A DNA stretch of 62,186 bases, filler included, from 9 parts of 9 records of this genome joined end to end with filler, not necessarily neighbours in it, one strand, 5' to 3'; shown: positions 41,361 through 52,173, numbered from the whole stretch's first letter. The notes: generated by a model from the letters alone, not told the origin. Numbers and translations: made by a program.

Positions 41361-42334
41361 TGCCCGATCAGCACGCTCATCCCCACCCTCAGACCATCGA
41401 TGGGGGCAACTGGCCGGGCTTCGATCTCAAAGCTGCGCATATCAAAACCGGAATCGCTGCTGGTGGCGCGCCAGGTGGCAAAATCCCCCAGAACCGATAC
41501 ATAATCAACGCGGAACGTATATTTTTCGTCTCCGAGCGCCGGAATGAGAACGGAAAACTCCTCTTCTTTGGCAAACTCACTCAGCCTGTCCTCGCGCACG
41601 TGGAATACCGCCCAGGCATCGTCCATATCCATGATTGTGACCACGGGAAACCCTTGGGGCGCCAGCTCTCCGCTGCGCAGGAGCACCTGACTCACCTCAC
41701 CGCCATGGGGGCTCTGGATGCGCGTATCTGCAGCGTACACTTCAACCTCGGCGACGGCACCGGCAGCCATCCGTGCCTTGCCTTCCGCCGCCTTCTTTGT
41801 TTCATCCCGGGCGCCTTCTTCAACGAGGGCGTACATCTGGAGGGCTGCATTCTCGGAATAGCGGGCAGACTGCAGTTTGGTATAGACTTCGTCGCGCCTC
41901 TGTTCTGCAACAACTCCGCTCCGGTAGAGGTTGTCGATGCGCTCGAAGGTCTTTTCCATCAGGGCTGCTGCAGCCTTTGCCTGTTGCCATTTGTCGCGGG
42001 CAGCTTCAATCTGCTGCGTGCGTGATCCGATATTGACTTCCTCGGCCAGGGCTTCCGCTGCATCTTGGCCGGCCATTGCCTGCGCCAGTTTCGCGGTGAT
42101 CTCCGGGCTGTGAATGGTAAAGATGAGATCACCGCTTTGCACCTGATCCCCCTTGTGAACCATGACCTGGTCGATCCGCCCCGCGACCTTTGAGCTTATG
42201 TGGTACTGCTGGGCCTCTATTTGTCCCTGCAGCCTCAGCGGCTTGGGCTGATAGGCGTACCAGAATGTGTAACACAGCCAGACGGCAACAGCTGCCGGAA
42301 GAAGGACGACCAGTAGGGTCCGTAAAAAACGCAT
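41357..42334 (-). CDS. HlyD-family periplasmic adaptor
   Basis: N-terminal TM, ISSKVAGRI lipoyl half, coiled hairpin, GDFATWRAT...FDMRSFEI, GLRVGMSV. Confidence 0.92.
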   Translation of the reverse strand: MRFLRTLLVVLLPAAVAVWLCYTFWYAYQPKPLRLQGQIEAQQYHISSKVAGRIDQVMVHKGDQVQSGDLIFTIHSPEITAKLAQAMAGQDAAEALAEEVNIGSRTQQIEAARDKWQQAKAAAALMEKTFERIDNLYRSGVVAEQRRDEVYTKLQSARYSENAALQMYALVEEGARDETKKAAEGKARMAAGAVAEVEVYAADTRIQSPHGGEVSQVLLRSGELAPQGFPVVTIMDMDDAWAVFHVREDRLSEFAKEEEFSVLIPALGDEKYTFRVDYVSVLGDFATWRATSSDSGFDMRSFEIEARPVAPIDGLRVGMSVLIGQ

Positions 42335-43794
42335 TAAGGCTCCTCCATTCCCTTGTTGTTTTGATAGACAAAGAATGTTTCGGGCCTGCCGCTGACGGCA
42401 AGCAGTCGAGCAAGCCCGAGGACATAGCTGTGCATTGCGACAGCACTCTGTGTCTTGACATCGGCGAGAAACAGTTCTGCATCCACCACATCCAGAGATG
42501 TGGCAAGTCCCTGGCTGAAAGCCTTGATTCTTAGGCGTAGCGTTTCCTCGGCCAGTTTGCGGCTTGACCCCAGCCCCTCATACTCCTCCAGTGCCTGCAG
42601 TACCTGGCGGTAGGTTTTCTCCACCAGTATGGAGAGATCACTCTCAGCCTGGCTGTAGAGGTGGTCGAGCCTGTTCACGGTGCTTTTCGCAGCACGGAGA
42701 TTGCTCCCGCGCCCGCTGCGGTCCACCAGCGGCACAGTCACACCGACACCGACAAGCCAATCCGGGGCGAGCTCCATTACCAGGTCGTCTTCTTCGTAGA
42801 CAGTGTAATCCCCGAGCACGGCCACGGTGGGCAGATATCTGCCTTTTTCGATGCGGATAAGCCCCTCAACCTTCTTTTTCATACTCTGGAGCGTATCCAG
42901 CCCCGGGTAGCTTTCCAGGGTATCTTCCAGGAACATATCCATATCCGGTAAAGAATCTGCCAGGAAGAGCGTATCGATGGGCATGACCAGATCCTCGGCC
43001 TTCAAGATCCGGGTGAGTGCAATTCTGGCGATTTCCAGATCCCGCCGGGCCTTTTTGTGTTCCACCACCGCTCTGTCAAGAGAGGCTTCGGACTGCATTC
43101 GCTCCACGCGGGCAATCTGTCCATTCTGCTCGAGCAGCACTGCGTGTTCTTTGTGCTTCCGCAGGCCCTCCTCTACCTCTATCCTGGTATCAAGGACCTG
43201 TGCTGCCAGAACCGTACCGAAATAATAACTGACCAGTTGCTCGAACTGCTTCAGGAACTCGAGCCTCAAAGCCTGCCGGCTCTCCGTAGTGGAGGCGGCT
43301 GCAATATCCTGGGCTGCGCTGATTCTGCCACCGGTAAAAACAGGCCAGGTCGCCGTCAGCGAGCTATGGAGGTTGGAGCGCTCGACAATGGTAGTAGTTA
43401 GCCCGGCGTTGAGCATCGCAGGAGATATGCCGGACGATGAGGCAAGCCCGGCAACGAGACTCGCGACCTCATCGCCTGCCGCCATGCTGTCGAACAGATC
43501 CTGAGGTGAAAGCTCGACGTCGTCGTCGAGGTACAGGTAACTCGCCGAAAGTGTGACAGACGGGAGATAGAGAGACTTTACAGCATCCCTCTTGTGCTCC
43601 GTCTGCTCGACGTTGGCACGCGCAGCTTTCAACGCGTCATTCTCACTTTCAAGACGGTCCCAGGCCTGGGCCAGAGACAACGAGATTTCGCTGCGGGCGG
43701 CTGTGCTGTGGCCGGTTACCAGAAAGAACAGGGCAAGAAATAAAAAAAACAGAGGATTGTATCCAAACGACCTGTCGCTGGAAGTATCATTCAT
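42334..43794 (-). CDS. TolC-family outer membrane efflux protein
   Basis: Signal peptide, two OEP repeats (YLPSVTL, PVFTGG; YLPTV, FSQGLATSLDVVDAE). Confidence 0.92.
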   Translation of the reverse strand: MNDTSSDRSFGYNPLFFLFLALFFLVTGHSTAARSEISLSLAQAWDRLESENDALKAARANVEQTEHKRDAVKSLYLPSVTLSASYLYLDDDVELSPQDLFDSMAAGDEVASLVAGLASSSGISPAMLNAGLTTTIVERSNLHSSLTATWPVFTGGRISAAQDIAAASTTESRQALRLEFLKQFEQLVSYYFGTVLAAQVLDTRIEVEEGLRKHKEHAVLLEQNGQIARVERMQSEASLDRAVVEHKKARRDLEIARIALTRILKAEDLVMPIDTLFLADSLPDMDMFLEDTLESYPGLDTLQSMKKKVEGLIRIEKGRYLPTVAVLGDYTVYEEDDLVMELAPDWLVGVGVTVPLVDRSGRGSNLRAAKSTVNRLDHLYSQAESDLSILVEKTYRQVLQALEEYEGLGSSRKLAEETLRLRIKAFSQGLATSLDVVDAELFLADVKTQSAVAMHSYVLGLARLLAVSGRPETFFVYQNNKGMEEP

Positions 43795-44173
43795 AACGAG
43801 GACTTATAACGATGGCTTTATGTACGGTATACACTTGAGAAACTCCCTCTCACAATACCCGCACGGGGGTGATTGTAGACAAGGTGTCTTTAATACTTGC
43901 ATTTTCAGCTGTCAACACAAATCCCGAGGCACAAACCAAACCATTCAGGTTGACGGCTGCAGCGGCTGACCTGACAGATCCAGAAGGGTCCTACTGAGTG
44001 ACACCATATGTTAGACGTATAATGTCCTGACAGAACGCAATTACGAAAGCGGCATAGGAGGAAAGGCAAAAAGAAATCGATCGAGCTTGACCGATCGGAG
44101 ATGGGCGTCCACTTCTTTTGAAAAGAGCAGAGGCAATCGGGTGATGCAGACAGCTATGTAAAAGAGTTCACAA

Positions 44174-44635
44174 CTATGGTCGGATCGCCCGCACATATCC
44201 CGACTTCTTGTTGTAATACCGGCGTTCAGGTCCGCATACATCATCAAATTCCCATTCCACGGCTCTGACCTGGTCGGCATCGTCAATTATCCAGTGATTT
44301 CCTTCAATATTGACAGTAACCACACCGTTCTTTTTCCAATCGAATGTATTTATGAAACCATACAGTTCAGATTTGCTTGGTAAGCGCCAGTCATTGTATT
44401 TGCCGGTGTTGAGCGTATTGAGGTAGGTTTCGACCTCCTCTTCTGATTTCAGCCACCTGCTTCGCTCAAGCCGCCATATACTGCCGCTTCTGGCATCCCG
44501 GATCGTTTCGCCATCAAGAGGCTCCAGCCAGGCATCAATACCTGCTGCAGCCGTACCGATTAAAACGATGCAGACACATCCGACCATGGTCGCCCATAAA
44601 ACCCGCTGCTTATATACCACTGTGTGAAATTTCAT
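44174..44635 (-). CDS. Secreted DUF1566 (Lcl C-terminal-like) domain protein
   Basis: Signal peptide, TIRDARSGSIW, GKYNDWRLPSKSEL and terminal YVRAIR. Confidence 0.75.
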   Translation of the reverse strand: MKFHTVVYKQRVLWATMVGCVCIVLIGTAAAGIDAWLEPLDGETIRDARSGSIWRLERSRWLKSEEEVETYLNTLNTGKYNDWRLPSKSELYGFINTFDWKKNGVVTVNIEGNHWIIDDADQVRAVEWEFDDVCGPERRYYNKKSGYVRAIRP

Positions 44636-44903
44636 AATCCTCGATATCTCTCTATAAAACTACTTCGATCTCATACTCTCACCTACATACCACATTGTCG
44701 CATGCCAAATCAAGCCATTGGTTGCCACCCGCCTCTCTCGGGTGCTGTCGTCTGCAATAGAACCCAAGCACTATGTACTATCATTACTAATACTTATCAG
44801 AGGAAATCATCTGTCATCCTGCCAGACAACTGGTAGCTTCCGGGCCTCATCTGAACGTAGCTCTGGATCATGGTATTCACATGCAACGCCGCCGTCCTTG
44901 ACA

Positions 44904-46220
44904 TCATACTTCAAGCAACTCCTTTACGGTTTCGCCCAGCGGAGGATCACTGTTGTCACGATAACCATAGCGAACCCGCAGCATCGGCTTATCTACGGCT
45001 ACCAGCCTGCTCAGGTCGACCGGGGTGGCCGACACGACCAGATCGCATGTGCAGCTATTGATGGTCGCTTCCAGATCCCTTATCTGCCGATCGCCATAGC
45101 CTACGGCCGGGAGCACTCTGCCGATTTCCGGATACGTCTCGAATGTTGCTTTCAGTGTCCCGACAAGAAACGGGCGCGGATCTACTATCTCTGCCGCGCC
45201 ATAGTGGTTGGCTGCGATAAAACCGGCGCCGAATTTCATCCCCCCGTGAGTCACGGTAGGGCCGTCCTCCACGACCAGGACCTGCTTACCGGTTATGCGC
45301 TCTCCCTGCTGCACCGTTACTTCAGAGTCGGCGAGTACGATGCGGGCCCCGGGGTTACATCGAGAAATAGTCTCTTTCAGGGTTTTCACATCATCCGGTT
45401 CGGCGCTGTCTACTTTGTTGATCACTGCGATATCGGCCAGCAGCAGGTTGGTTTCGCCGGGATGAAACGTGGTTTCATGCCCTACTCGATGGGGATCGAG
45501 AATGACCACATGGACATCAGGCCTGAAAAACGGCGTGTCATTGTTGCCTCCGTCCCAGACAATCACATCTGCCTCGCCTTCAGCCTGCCTGAGAACCTTT
45601 TCGTAGTCAACGCCTGCGTAGATAACCCCTCCCGAGTCCACAACCGGCTCATATTCCTCGCGCTCTTCAATGGTGCAGGAGTGTTTTTCAAAATCTTCAT
45701 ACGATGCAAATCGCTGCACGACCTGTTTGGTCAAATCACCGTAAGGCATGGGGTGACGAACGGTGACGACCTTTATGCCGCTTTCCTCAAGCGCCGTGAC
45801 GATGTGCCTGCTGGCTTGAGATTTGCCGCAGCCTGTTCGAACCGCGCACACGGAGACCACCTTTTTTGATGACTCGAGCATCGTATAAGGGGCGCCGATG
45901 ATGATAAAATCGGCACCCGCTGCAGTAACCTGCGATGCCTTATGCATGACCTCCGTGTGAGATATGTCACTGTATGAAAATGCGACGAGATCAACCCGAT
46001 TTTCCCTGACTAGGTCCATCAGGTTTTCGTCCCCTGCAATGGGGATCCCGTCCGGATACATGCCCCCCGCGAGTTCCGGCGGATATATGCGGCCATCAAT
46101 ATCCGGAATTTGGGTGGCGGTAAAACAGACCACTCTGTAGCGCCTGTTATCTCTGAAATACACGTTGAAGTTGTGGAAATCCCGGCCCGCGGCGCCCATG
46201 ATGATGACGTTTTCTACCAT
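44904..46220 (-). CDS. COG2403 P-loop protein: arginine synthetase (ArcE)-like, commonly annotated cyclic 2,3-diphosphoglycerate synthase
   Basis: IMGAAGRDFHNFN, RTGCGKSQ, RHPMPYGDL, TIEEREEYEP, WDGGNND, VEDGPTVTHGGM. Confidence 0.85.
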   Translation of the reverse strand: MVENVIIMGAAGRDFHNFNVYFRDNRRYRVVCFTATQIPDIDGRIYPPELAGGMYPDGIPIAGDENLMDLVRENRVDLVAFSYSDISHTEVMHKASQVTAAGADFIIIGAPYTMLESSKKVVSVCAVRTGCGKSQASRHIVTALEESGIKVVTVRHPMPYGDLTKQVVQRFASYEDFEKHSCTIEEREEYEPVVDSGGVIYAGVDYEKVLRQAEGEADVIVWDGGNNDTPFFRPDVHVVILDPHRVGHETTFHPGETNLLLADIAVINKVDSAEPDDVKTLKETISRCNPGARIVLADSEVTVQQGERITGKQVLVVEDGPTVTHGGMKFGAGFIAANHYGAAEIVDPRPFLVGTLKATFETYPEIGRVLPAVGYGDRQIRDLEATINSCTCDLVVSATPVDLSRLVAVDKPMLRVRYGYRDNSDPPLGETVKELLEV

Positions 46221-46332
46221 CCTGCTCTCCCCNNNNNNNNNNNNNNNNNNNNNNNNNNNNNNNNNNNNNNNNNNNNTTAATTAATTAANNNNNNNNNNNN
46301 NNNNNNNNNNNNNNNNNNNNNNNNNNNNNNNN

Positions 46333-46620
46333 GGGGGGAGTAATATTGATTTGATCAATAGGTTTACCGCTTCTGTAACTAATTTGCCAGTTTATACAGG
46401 TCCTGATGAAGCTTCTTCTATCGGTAATATTATGATGCAGGCTTATGGTATGGGTGAGGTGTCGGGAGAAGCGAAAATCAAGGAGATTGTTAAACAATCT
46501 TTTAGCATTAAAGAGTATTTACCAATATCAGATAACAAGTGGACACAAGCTTATCAACGCTATCAAAGATTCTGCGAGGAAAATTCCTTAAATAATAATG
46601 TTGAAACTGGATCAAGGTAA
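46333..46620 (+). CDS. FGGY carbohydrate kinase (rhamnulokinase-like), C-terminal fragment
   Basis: GGSN..LINRFTA....PVYTGPDEASSIGNIMMQ matches the RhaB-type C-terminus. Confidence 0.8.
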   Translation, partial: GGSNIDLINRFTASVTNLPVYTGPDEASSIGNIMMQAYGMGEVSGEAKIKEIVKQSFSIKEYLPISDNKWTQAYQRYQRFCEENSLNNNVETGSR

Positions 46621-46717
46621 AGTTCTTATAATTTGAATACACCATTCTCATAGAGGATGTTGTAATATTTAAAAGATATGTTTATTAAAAGCATATCTAA
46701 AAAACGGAGGATTTTTT

Positions 46718-48013
46718 ATGAAGAGAAAAAGTATCTTAATTGTCCTGTTAATTTTCTTAATGACAGGCTTTCTCTTTGCCCAAGGTGCACAGGAAACTGC
46801 TGAAGATGCAAGGACTGTAGTGACCTTTCGCTCATGGAGCCCGGTTGTATCAACAACAGAGAAAATGGTTGCGGCGTTTGAGGCAGCTCATCCTGAAATC
46901 AAAATTGAAGCAACAATTTTTAATCAACCTGAATATCTTCTAGATCTGCAAACAAAAGCAGCTGCTGGTAATATGCCGGATTTGATTGGGTTGGAACCTG
47001 GAGCATTAACTCAGCAGTACAAAAAATTCCTTGCACCTGTCCAGGATAAAGTTGTTTCTGTATGGGGAGAAAACTGGATGGATATGTTCAACCCCATCGG
47101 TTTAGATCAGGCTCGTCTGGGTAATCCCAAAGGGGATGAGAATTATTATGGACTTCCCGTTCTTGTCCAAACTATAAACTGCTGGTATACAATTCCTGTT
47201 TTAGAAGAAGCTGGCTTCGATGTACCGGAAACCTATGACGATATGCTTGAGCTTGTAAAATATTTTGAAGGGAAAGGAATTGCTCCCATGATGATTGGTG
47301 CTGGTGATGGATGGCTCCGTCGTGATATTTTTATGCAACTTATTCATAATATTGAACCTGGTATAATTTATCAGGCTGAAGAGGGCAAAGTAAAATTTAC
47401 TGATACCGCTTTTGTTGAGGCAATGACTTGGTGGAAAAAGTTCTTTGATGATCGTGTTTTTCAGGTTGGTGCACTGGGACTTAGTGCTTATCCTGGATCT
47501 CAAGAGCTGATTGAAGCAGGAAAAGCTGCAACATTCCCAATGGGAGCTTGGTGGATGCAAATGGCTGGTAATGATAATCCACCACCACTTTCTGAAGGTC
47601 TTTCTGGATTTGCTCCTATGAAATTCCCTGATGTTACAGGTAATGGGGCTCCAGACGATGTACTTGGCGGTATTGATATGATGATCGGAATGAGTAAAAC
47701 AGCAAAGAAAGAAGCTGTAGAAGTAATGTGTGATTTTATTGCCGGAGATGCTGCCCAGGTTCTAATTAATACTTTTAATGATATACCTGCTGTTAAAGGT
47801 CTTGCTCCTGAACACTTTGAATCAGAAAATCAGGAAAGAACATGGAATATTCTTGTGAATGAATGGATGCCTAAGGTAATATATCCAAGACAGCTACGAA
47901 GTCCAGCAATCAGGCAGGCTCTTGAAGATTCATTAGCTGCTGTTGCTGCTGGTGAGTTGACTCCTTACGAAGGGTGTGAACTAATTCAAGATGCATGGGT
48001 ACCATTGGATTAA
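46718..48013 (+). CDS. Sugar ABC transporter substrate-binding protein
   Basis: GGAGG RBS, spirochaete-style signal LFAQGAQE, FEAAHPEIKIE, AAGNMPDL, YYGLP. Confidence 0.9.
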   Translation: MKRKSILIVLLIFLMTGFLFAQGAQETAEDARTVVTFRSWSPVVSTTEKMVAAFEAAHPEIKIEATIFNQPEYLLDLQTKAAAGNMPDLIGLEPGALTQQYKKFLAPVQDKVVSVWGENWMDMFNPIGLDQARLGNPKGDENYYGLPVLVQTINCWYTIPVLEEAGFDVPETYDDMLELVKYFEGKGIAPMMIGAGDGWLRRDIFMQLIHNIEPGIIYQAEEGKVKFTDTAFVEAMTWWKKFFDDRVFQVGALGLSAYPGSQELIEAGKAATFPMGAWWMQMAGNDNPPPLSEGLSGFAPMKFPDVTGNGAPDDVLGGIDMMIGMSKTAKKEAVEVMCDFIAGDAAQVLINTFNDIPAVKGLAPEHFESENQERTWNILVNEWMPKVIYPRQLRSPAIRQALEDSLAAVAAGELTPYEGCELIQDAWVPLD

Positions 48014-48033
48014 CTAAATAGTTAATTTAATTG

Positions 48034-48068
48034 CCGGTCCGTACGATAGGTATCGGACCGGTTTTTTT
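48034..48068 (+). terminator. Intercistronic hairpin/terminator after the binding-protein gene
   Basis: CCGGTCCG / CGGACCGG stem followed by T7. Confidence 0.75.
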
Positions 48069-48092
48069 ATATGTTTTGAAAGGCGGTTTTAT

Positions 48093-48986
48093 TTGAAAAA
48101 AAAGGGAATTGAAGCAAATCAGATATCTGGCTATTTTTTTATCGCTCCAGCGATGATCTTTTTTATTGTCTTTATTCTTTATCCAATTATATACATTATT
48201 CAGGGAAGTCTATTTAAGTGGGATGGAGTGAATGAACGAATATTTATTGGATTAAAAAATTATGTTGAAATTTTCTTGCATGATAGAGTGTTTAAATTAA
48301 TTATTCGTAATAGTTTTTACTGGGTATTTTTGACAGTTTTCCCACAGATGATTATAGGCTTTTTACTGGCTTTTATTGTTAACCATAATTTAAGAGGCCG
48401 GAATTTGGCCCGGGCGATTTTTTATCTACCGGCAGTAATTTCTCCTATTGTTATAGGTATCGTTTGGCAAAGGATTTATAACCCTTTTAGTGGGCTTATA
48501 TCTGATTTAGGCTATAAATTAGGATTACCTTTTTTAGCATTACCGTTTCTTTCTGATCCCGATATTGCCATTTTTTCTGTGATTAATGTCAATGTATGGC
48601 AGTGGACTGGGTACTCTATGCTGATGCTTCTTGCGGGAATGCAAAGTATTCCTGAAGAAATATTCGAATCATCTCATCTTGAAGGGTGTTCTAAATGGCA
48701 GGAAATTAGGTATTTAGTTTGGCCTATGGTTCGAGGAGTTCGTATGACCCTGATTCTTCTTGGTGTTATTGGGGCACTACAAACTTTCGATCTTGTTTAT
48801 GCACTTACCAACGGTGGTCCGAATAATGCAACACAAATGTTTCCGACTTATATCTATTTAAAGGCTTTTAAACTTCAGTCAATGGGATACGGCTCTGCAC
48901 TAAGTGTCATAACAGTTGCTATTGCTCTCGGATTAAGTATTTTTCAAACAAAGGTTCTTGGGACCAAATTTTCTTTTGATGATTAG
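48093..48986 (+). CDS. Carbohydrate ABC permease (MalF/UgpA type)
   Basis: FIGLKNY, RAIFYLP, EAA-like SIPEEIFESSHLEG, LTNGGPNNAT. Confidence 0.92.
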   Translation: MKKKGIEANQISGYFFIAPAMIFFIVFILYPIIYIIQGSLFKWDGVNERIFIGLKNYVEIFLHDRVFKLIIRNSFYWVFLTVFPQMIIGFLLAFIVNHNLRGRNLARAIFYLPAVISPIVIGIVWQRIYNPFSGLISDLGYKLGLPFLALPFLSDPDIAIFSVINVNVWQWTGYSMLMLLAGMQSIPEEIFESSHLEGCSKWQEIRYLVWPMVRGVRMTLILLGVIGALQTFDLVYALTNGGPNNATQMFPTYIYLKAFKLQSMGYGSALSVITVAIALGLSIFQTKVLGTKFSFDD

Positions 48987-48995
48987 GATAAATGT

Positions 48996-49837
48996 ATGAT
49001 GAACTTAACAAGTAAGCAAAAAGGTTTAAAAACAGTATATTACATTTTTATTGCTATTTTTTCCGTATTCTGGCTAATACCGGTAGTAATGATGTTGTCA
49101 GTCTCTTTTATGCCTCCGGATGTCCGTTCACCATTATTCGGTGGACTTATTATGACCCGATTAAGCTTTTACAACTATCTAAAGGTTTTTCGGGAAGTCC
49201 CGATCCACAGATATTTTATTAATAGTGTATCAATTACATTACCCACTGTTGCTGCTGTGGTGTTGTTTTCCTCAATGGCAGCCTTTGCTTTTAGCCGGTT
49301 AAAATTTTATGGACGTGACATATTTTTTCTTTGTTGTTATTGACCCTGATGCTACCTATACCAACTTTGATTATTCCTCTATTTCAAATTAATAAAGATT
49401 TAAATCTATTAAATAATTTGTTAGGGGTTATTTTACCGTATATAACATTGGGAGTTCCTTTTTCAGTTGTATTATACCGGGGTTTTTTTATCGGATTTCC
49501 CAAGGATATAGAAAATGCGGCAAAAATTGATGGGTGCAATAGTTGGACTATTTACAGTCGTCTTGTTATGCCGATTAGTGGATCAATCACCGCAGTGGTT
49601 ATAATTTGGCAATCTATGAAAACATGGAATGAATTTCTGCTGGTTCTTGTTACAATTGATAAAAAATCGTTGAAGCCACTAACTTTGGTTCCTTTTATTT
49701 ACAACGGGCAGTATATGTCTCAACCAGGGGCCATGTTTGCTGTATTGACTCTCATTTCTTTACCAATTATAAGTTTGTATATATTTATGCAAAGATATAT
49801 AATGAGCGGCGTTACAAGTGGTGCTATAAAAGGATAG
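48996..49837 (+). CDS. Carbohydrate ABC permease (MalG/UgpE type); frameshift in T-run near 49323-49332
   Basis: YFINS...AAFAFSR in the first frame; PKDIENAAKIDG and WNEF in the second. Confidence 0.9.
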
Positions 49838-49889
49838 TTTAAAAGGAATCTTAATTGTTATATGAAAAAAGCTTATTACACATAAAAAA

Positions 49890-51050
49890 ATGAAACACGA
49901 TACACTGCTTCAAATTTTTGGAGCTATGAGATCAGGCTCGAAAACAAAGAGAGAAATTCAACGATTCACAGGAGTGTCCTGGGGAACCTGTAGCGAGGGT
50001 ATTAATTACCTTGAGCAACTTGGTTTGATTGATGGTAGCAGTTTGGATGGGGCTGGGCAGCCAGGTCCACGCACTAGCATTTATACTTTTAGTCAGGAAC
50101 GTTTTCTTGTTATGGGGATTGAAGTTGCAGTTAAGAGGATTACTATTACAGTTTCTAGCCTGAAAGGGGATAAACTCTATGTTAAAGAATATACATATTC
50201 TGAAGAAATAGATAACTCTAGCGTCATATCAATTATTGAACCAAATATTCATGATTTTCTTAAAACCTTTTCTCTAAAAGAAAAATCAATTTATACTCTT
50301 CAGTTTGCTCTTACAGGAGCTGTTGACAGGATAAACCTCATCTGGATTCAGTCGCCTAAGTTTTATAAAATTAAATTACTGAACTTGAATATTTTTTACA
50401 ATCTTTTTCCTCATGTAAGAATTGTGAATGTAGTACACGATATCCAGGCAAGGGCGATGGATCGACAATATAAAATGGTTATGGGAAATCTTTCATATGT
50501 TATGCTACATGTTTCGGATGGTGTGGGAATGACTGTAAGGGAAAAGGATCATTTTATCCAAGGAAGGCGGGGGTTTGCCGGTGAATTAGGGCATATCCCA
50601 TATTATGGAAACTCACTTTTTCCTGAATCAGAATGTTTTTGTGGACAAAAAAATTGCATTGAGCAATATCTTCACTATCAAAAGATACTAGATTATTACA
50701 ATAAAAATGAGAGTAATAAGGTGGAGAGATTGATTGATGTCAATAAAGAAAGTGTTGCTTATAAGAGATTGTATGATCATATTCTGCAAATACTACTATG
50801 CATGTGTAGAATCTTGGTAGATATTTTCGATACTTCAAGCATCATCCTCGGTGGTAAGAGTCTGGAACCATGGCAAGATTTGTTAGAAGAAGAATTTCTG
50901 GAAAGATTGCAGAAGATAACTTGGCAAAAAGGGCCCAAAGATATTGTATGGTACAGAGAAAGCAGAGTCTCTCCTTCCCATGGAGCTTGTTTGATGAATT
51001 TAAGCGATTTGACTTCTAGAATTCTTAGCCTTGAAGTTCAGGAAACATAA
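49890..51050 (+). CDS. ROK-family transcriptional regulator
   Basis: N-terminal HTH, DGVGM, FAGELGH and CFCGQKNCIE. Confidence 0.9.
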   Translation: MKHDTLLQIFGAMRSGSKTKREIQRFTGVSWGTCSEGINYLEQLGLIDGSSLDGAGQPGPRTSIYTFSQERFLVMGIEVAVKRITITVSSLKGDKLYVKEYTYSEEIDNSSVISIIEPNIHDFLKTFSLKEKSIYTLQFALTGAVDRINLIWIQSPKFYKIKLLNLNIFYNLFPHVRIVNVVHDIQARAMDRQYKMVMGNLSYVMLHVSDGVGMTVREKDHFIQGRRGFAGELGHIPYYGNSLFPESECFCGQKNCIEQYLHYQKILDYYNKNESNKVERLIDVNKESVAYKRLYDHILQILLCMCRILVDIFDTSSIILGGKSLEPWQDLLEEEFLERLQKITWQKGPKDIVWYRESRVSPSHGACLMNLSDLTSRILSLEVQET

Positions 51051-51506
51051 ACCAGACTTACTTACTTTTTAGATCGATAATTACTTTTCTTTATCTTCAT
51101 ACCAAAAAGATGCTTTTTCGGCACTTTCCCAGGCAATGGATGTAAGAAAATGCAAGTTTTATATAACGAGAAGGTGAATTGTTTATACAATATAGCACGC
51201 ACTGTATTACCAAGAGTTACACAAAAGTCACACTTTTTTCAGAGAAGCTCTTGATTTATCATGATATTACATAGTACTATATAATAGTTAATAAACACTA
51301 TAAAATATTTACCATAAAGTAATTAATGATACTTTATGACACTCAGTGATAGATGATGATATTTGCCGGTTTGAGATTCAGGGACTAGTGTCCTTGCGGT
51401 CGTGGANNNNNNNNNNNNNNNNNNNNNNNNNNNNNNNNNNNNNNNNNNNNTTAATTAATTAANNNNNNNNNNNNNNNNNNNNNNNNNNNNNNNNNNNNNN
51501 NNNNNN

Positions 51507-52173
51507 CGCGCATGAAAGCGAGTGGCGCGACCTCAACAACACCGGCCTCAACCATACTTTGCGCCTTATCCAGATCCACCATATCGTAGAGCGCATCATA
51601 CAGTGGACGCAAGTACGGGTTCACCTTTTCAGCCAGGTCTCCGGGAAGAAAGCCAAGTTTTTCTCCCGCCTCAACGGCAGGACGAACCAGAAGAATCCGG
51701 CTGACCTCTTTGCGGCTGAGCGCAGCAACACCCATCGCCATCGCCAGATAGGTTTTCCCGGTTCCAGCCGGACCAACTCCAAAGACGACGTGATTATCAC
51801 GCATCGAGTCGATGTAACTCTTCTGGGCCAGACTTTTGGGTGCAATAATTTTGTTTCGGGCTGAAACAAAGACGGTGTCCAGAAAAATCTCACGCAGAGA
51901 TGTCGAAGAGTTCCCGGAGAGGATACGGATGGCATAGTCGACATCTGCTGAATAGACGGGCATCCCCTCCCGCAACAGCAAACAGAGCTCTTCCAGAAGT
52001 CGGTACCCGACCTGAACCTGCGCAGGGTCACCGGACAGATGAACACTGGTCCCCTGATTTCCCAGGCGGATTCCCAGCTTCTTTTCAATCAGTTTTAAAT
52101 GCTTGTTCTGCTGGCCAAAAAGCTGGACCGCCAAAGCAGCATCGCCAATTTCAAAATGTCTGGCAGTGCTCAT
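51507..52173 (-). CDS. phoH: PhoH/YbeZ-family ATPase, 3'-truncated
   Basis: GPAGTGKTYLA, RPAVEAGEKLGFLPGD, PYLRPLYDAL, APLAFMR. Confidence 0.95.

Noticed and set aside
44695-44710. Sigma-54 promoter (TTGGCAT on minus strand) for the DUF1566 gene
   Set aside because: No TTGC -12 element at the required spacing.
44718-45869. 383-aa plus-strand ORF
   Set aside because: Antisense shadow of the ArcE-like gene; no motifs, unnatural composition.
51160-51168. TATATAACG ModE-like half-site (also at ~60615-60623)
   Set aside because: Only half of the palindrome; one is on an unrelated contig, the other inside a CDS.
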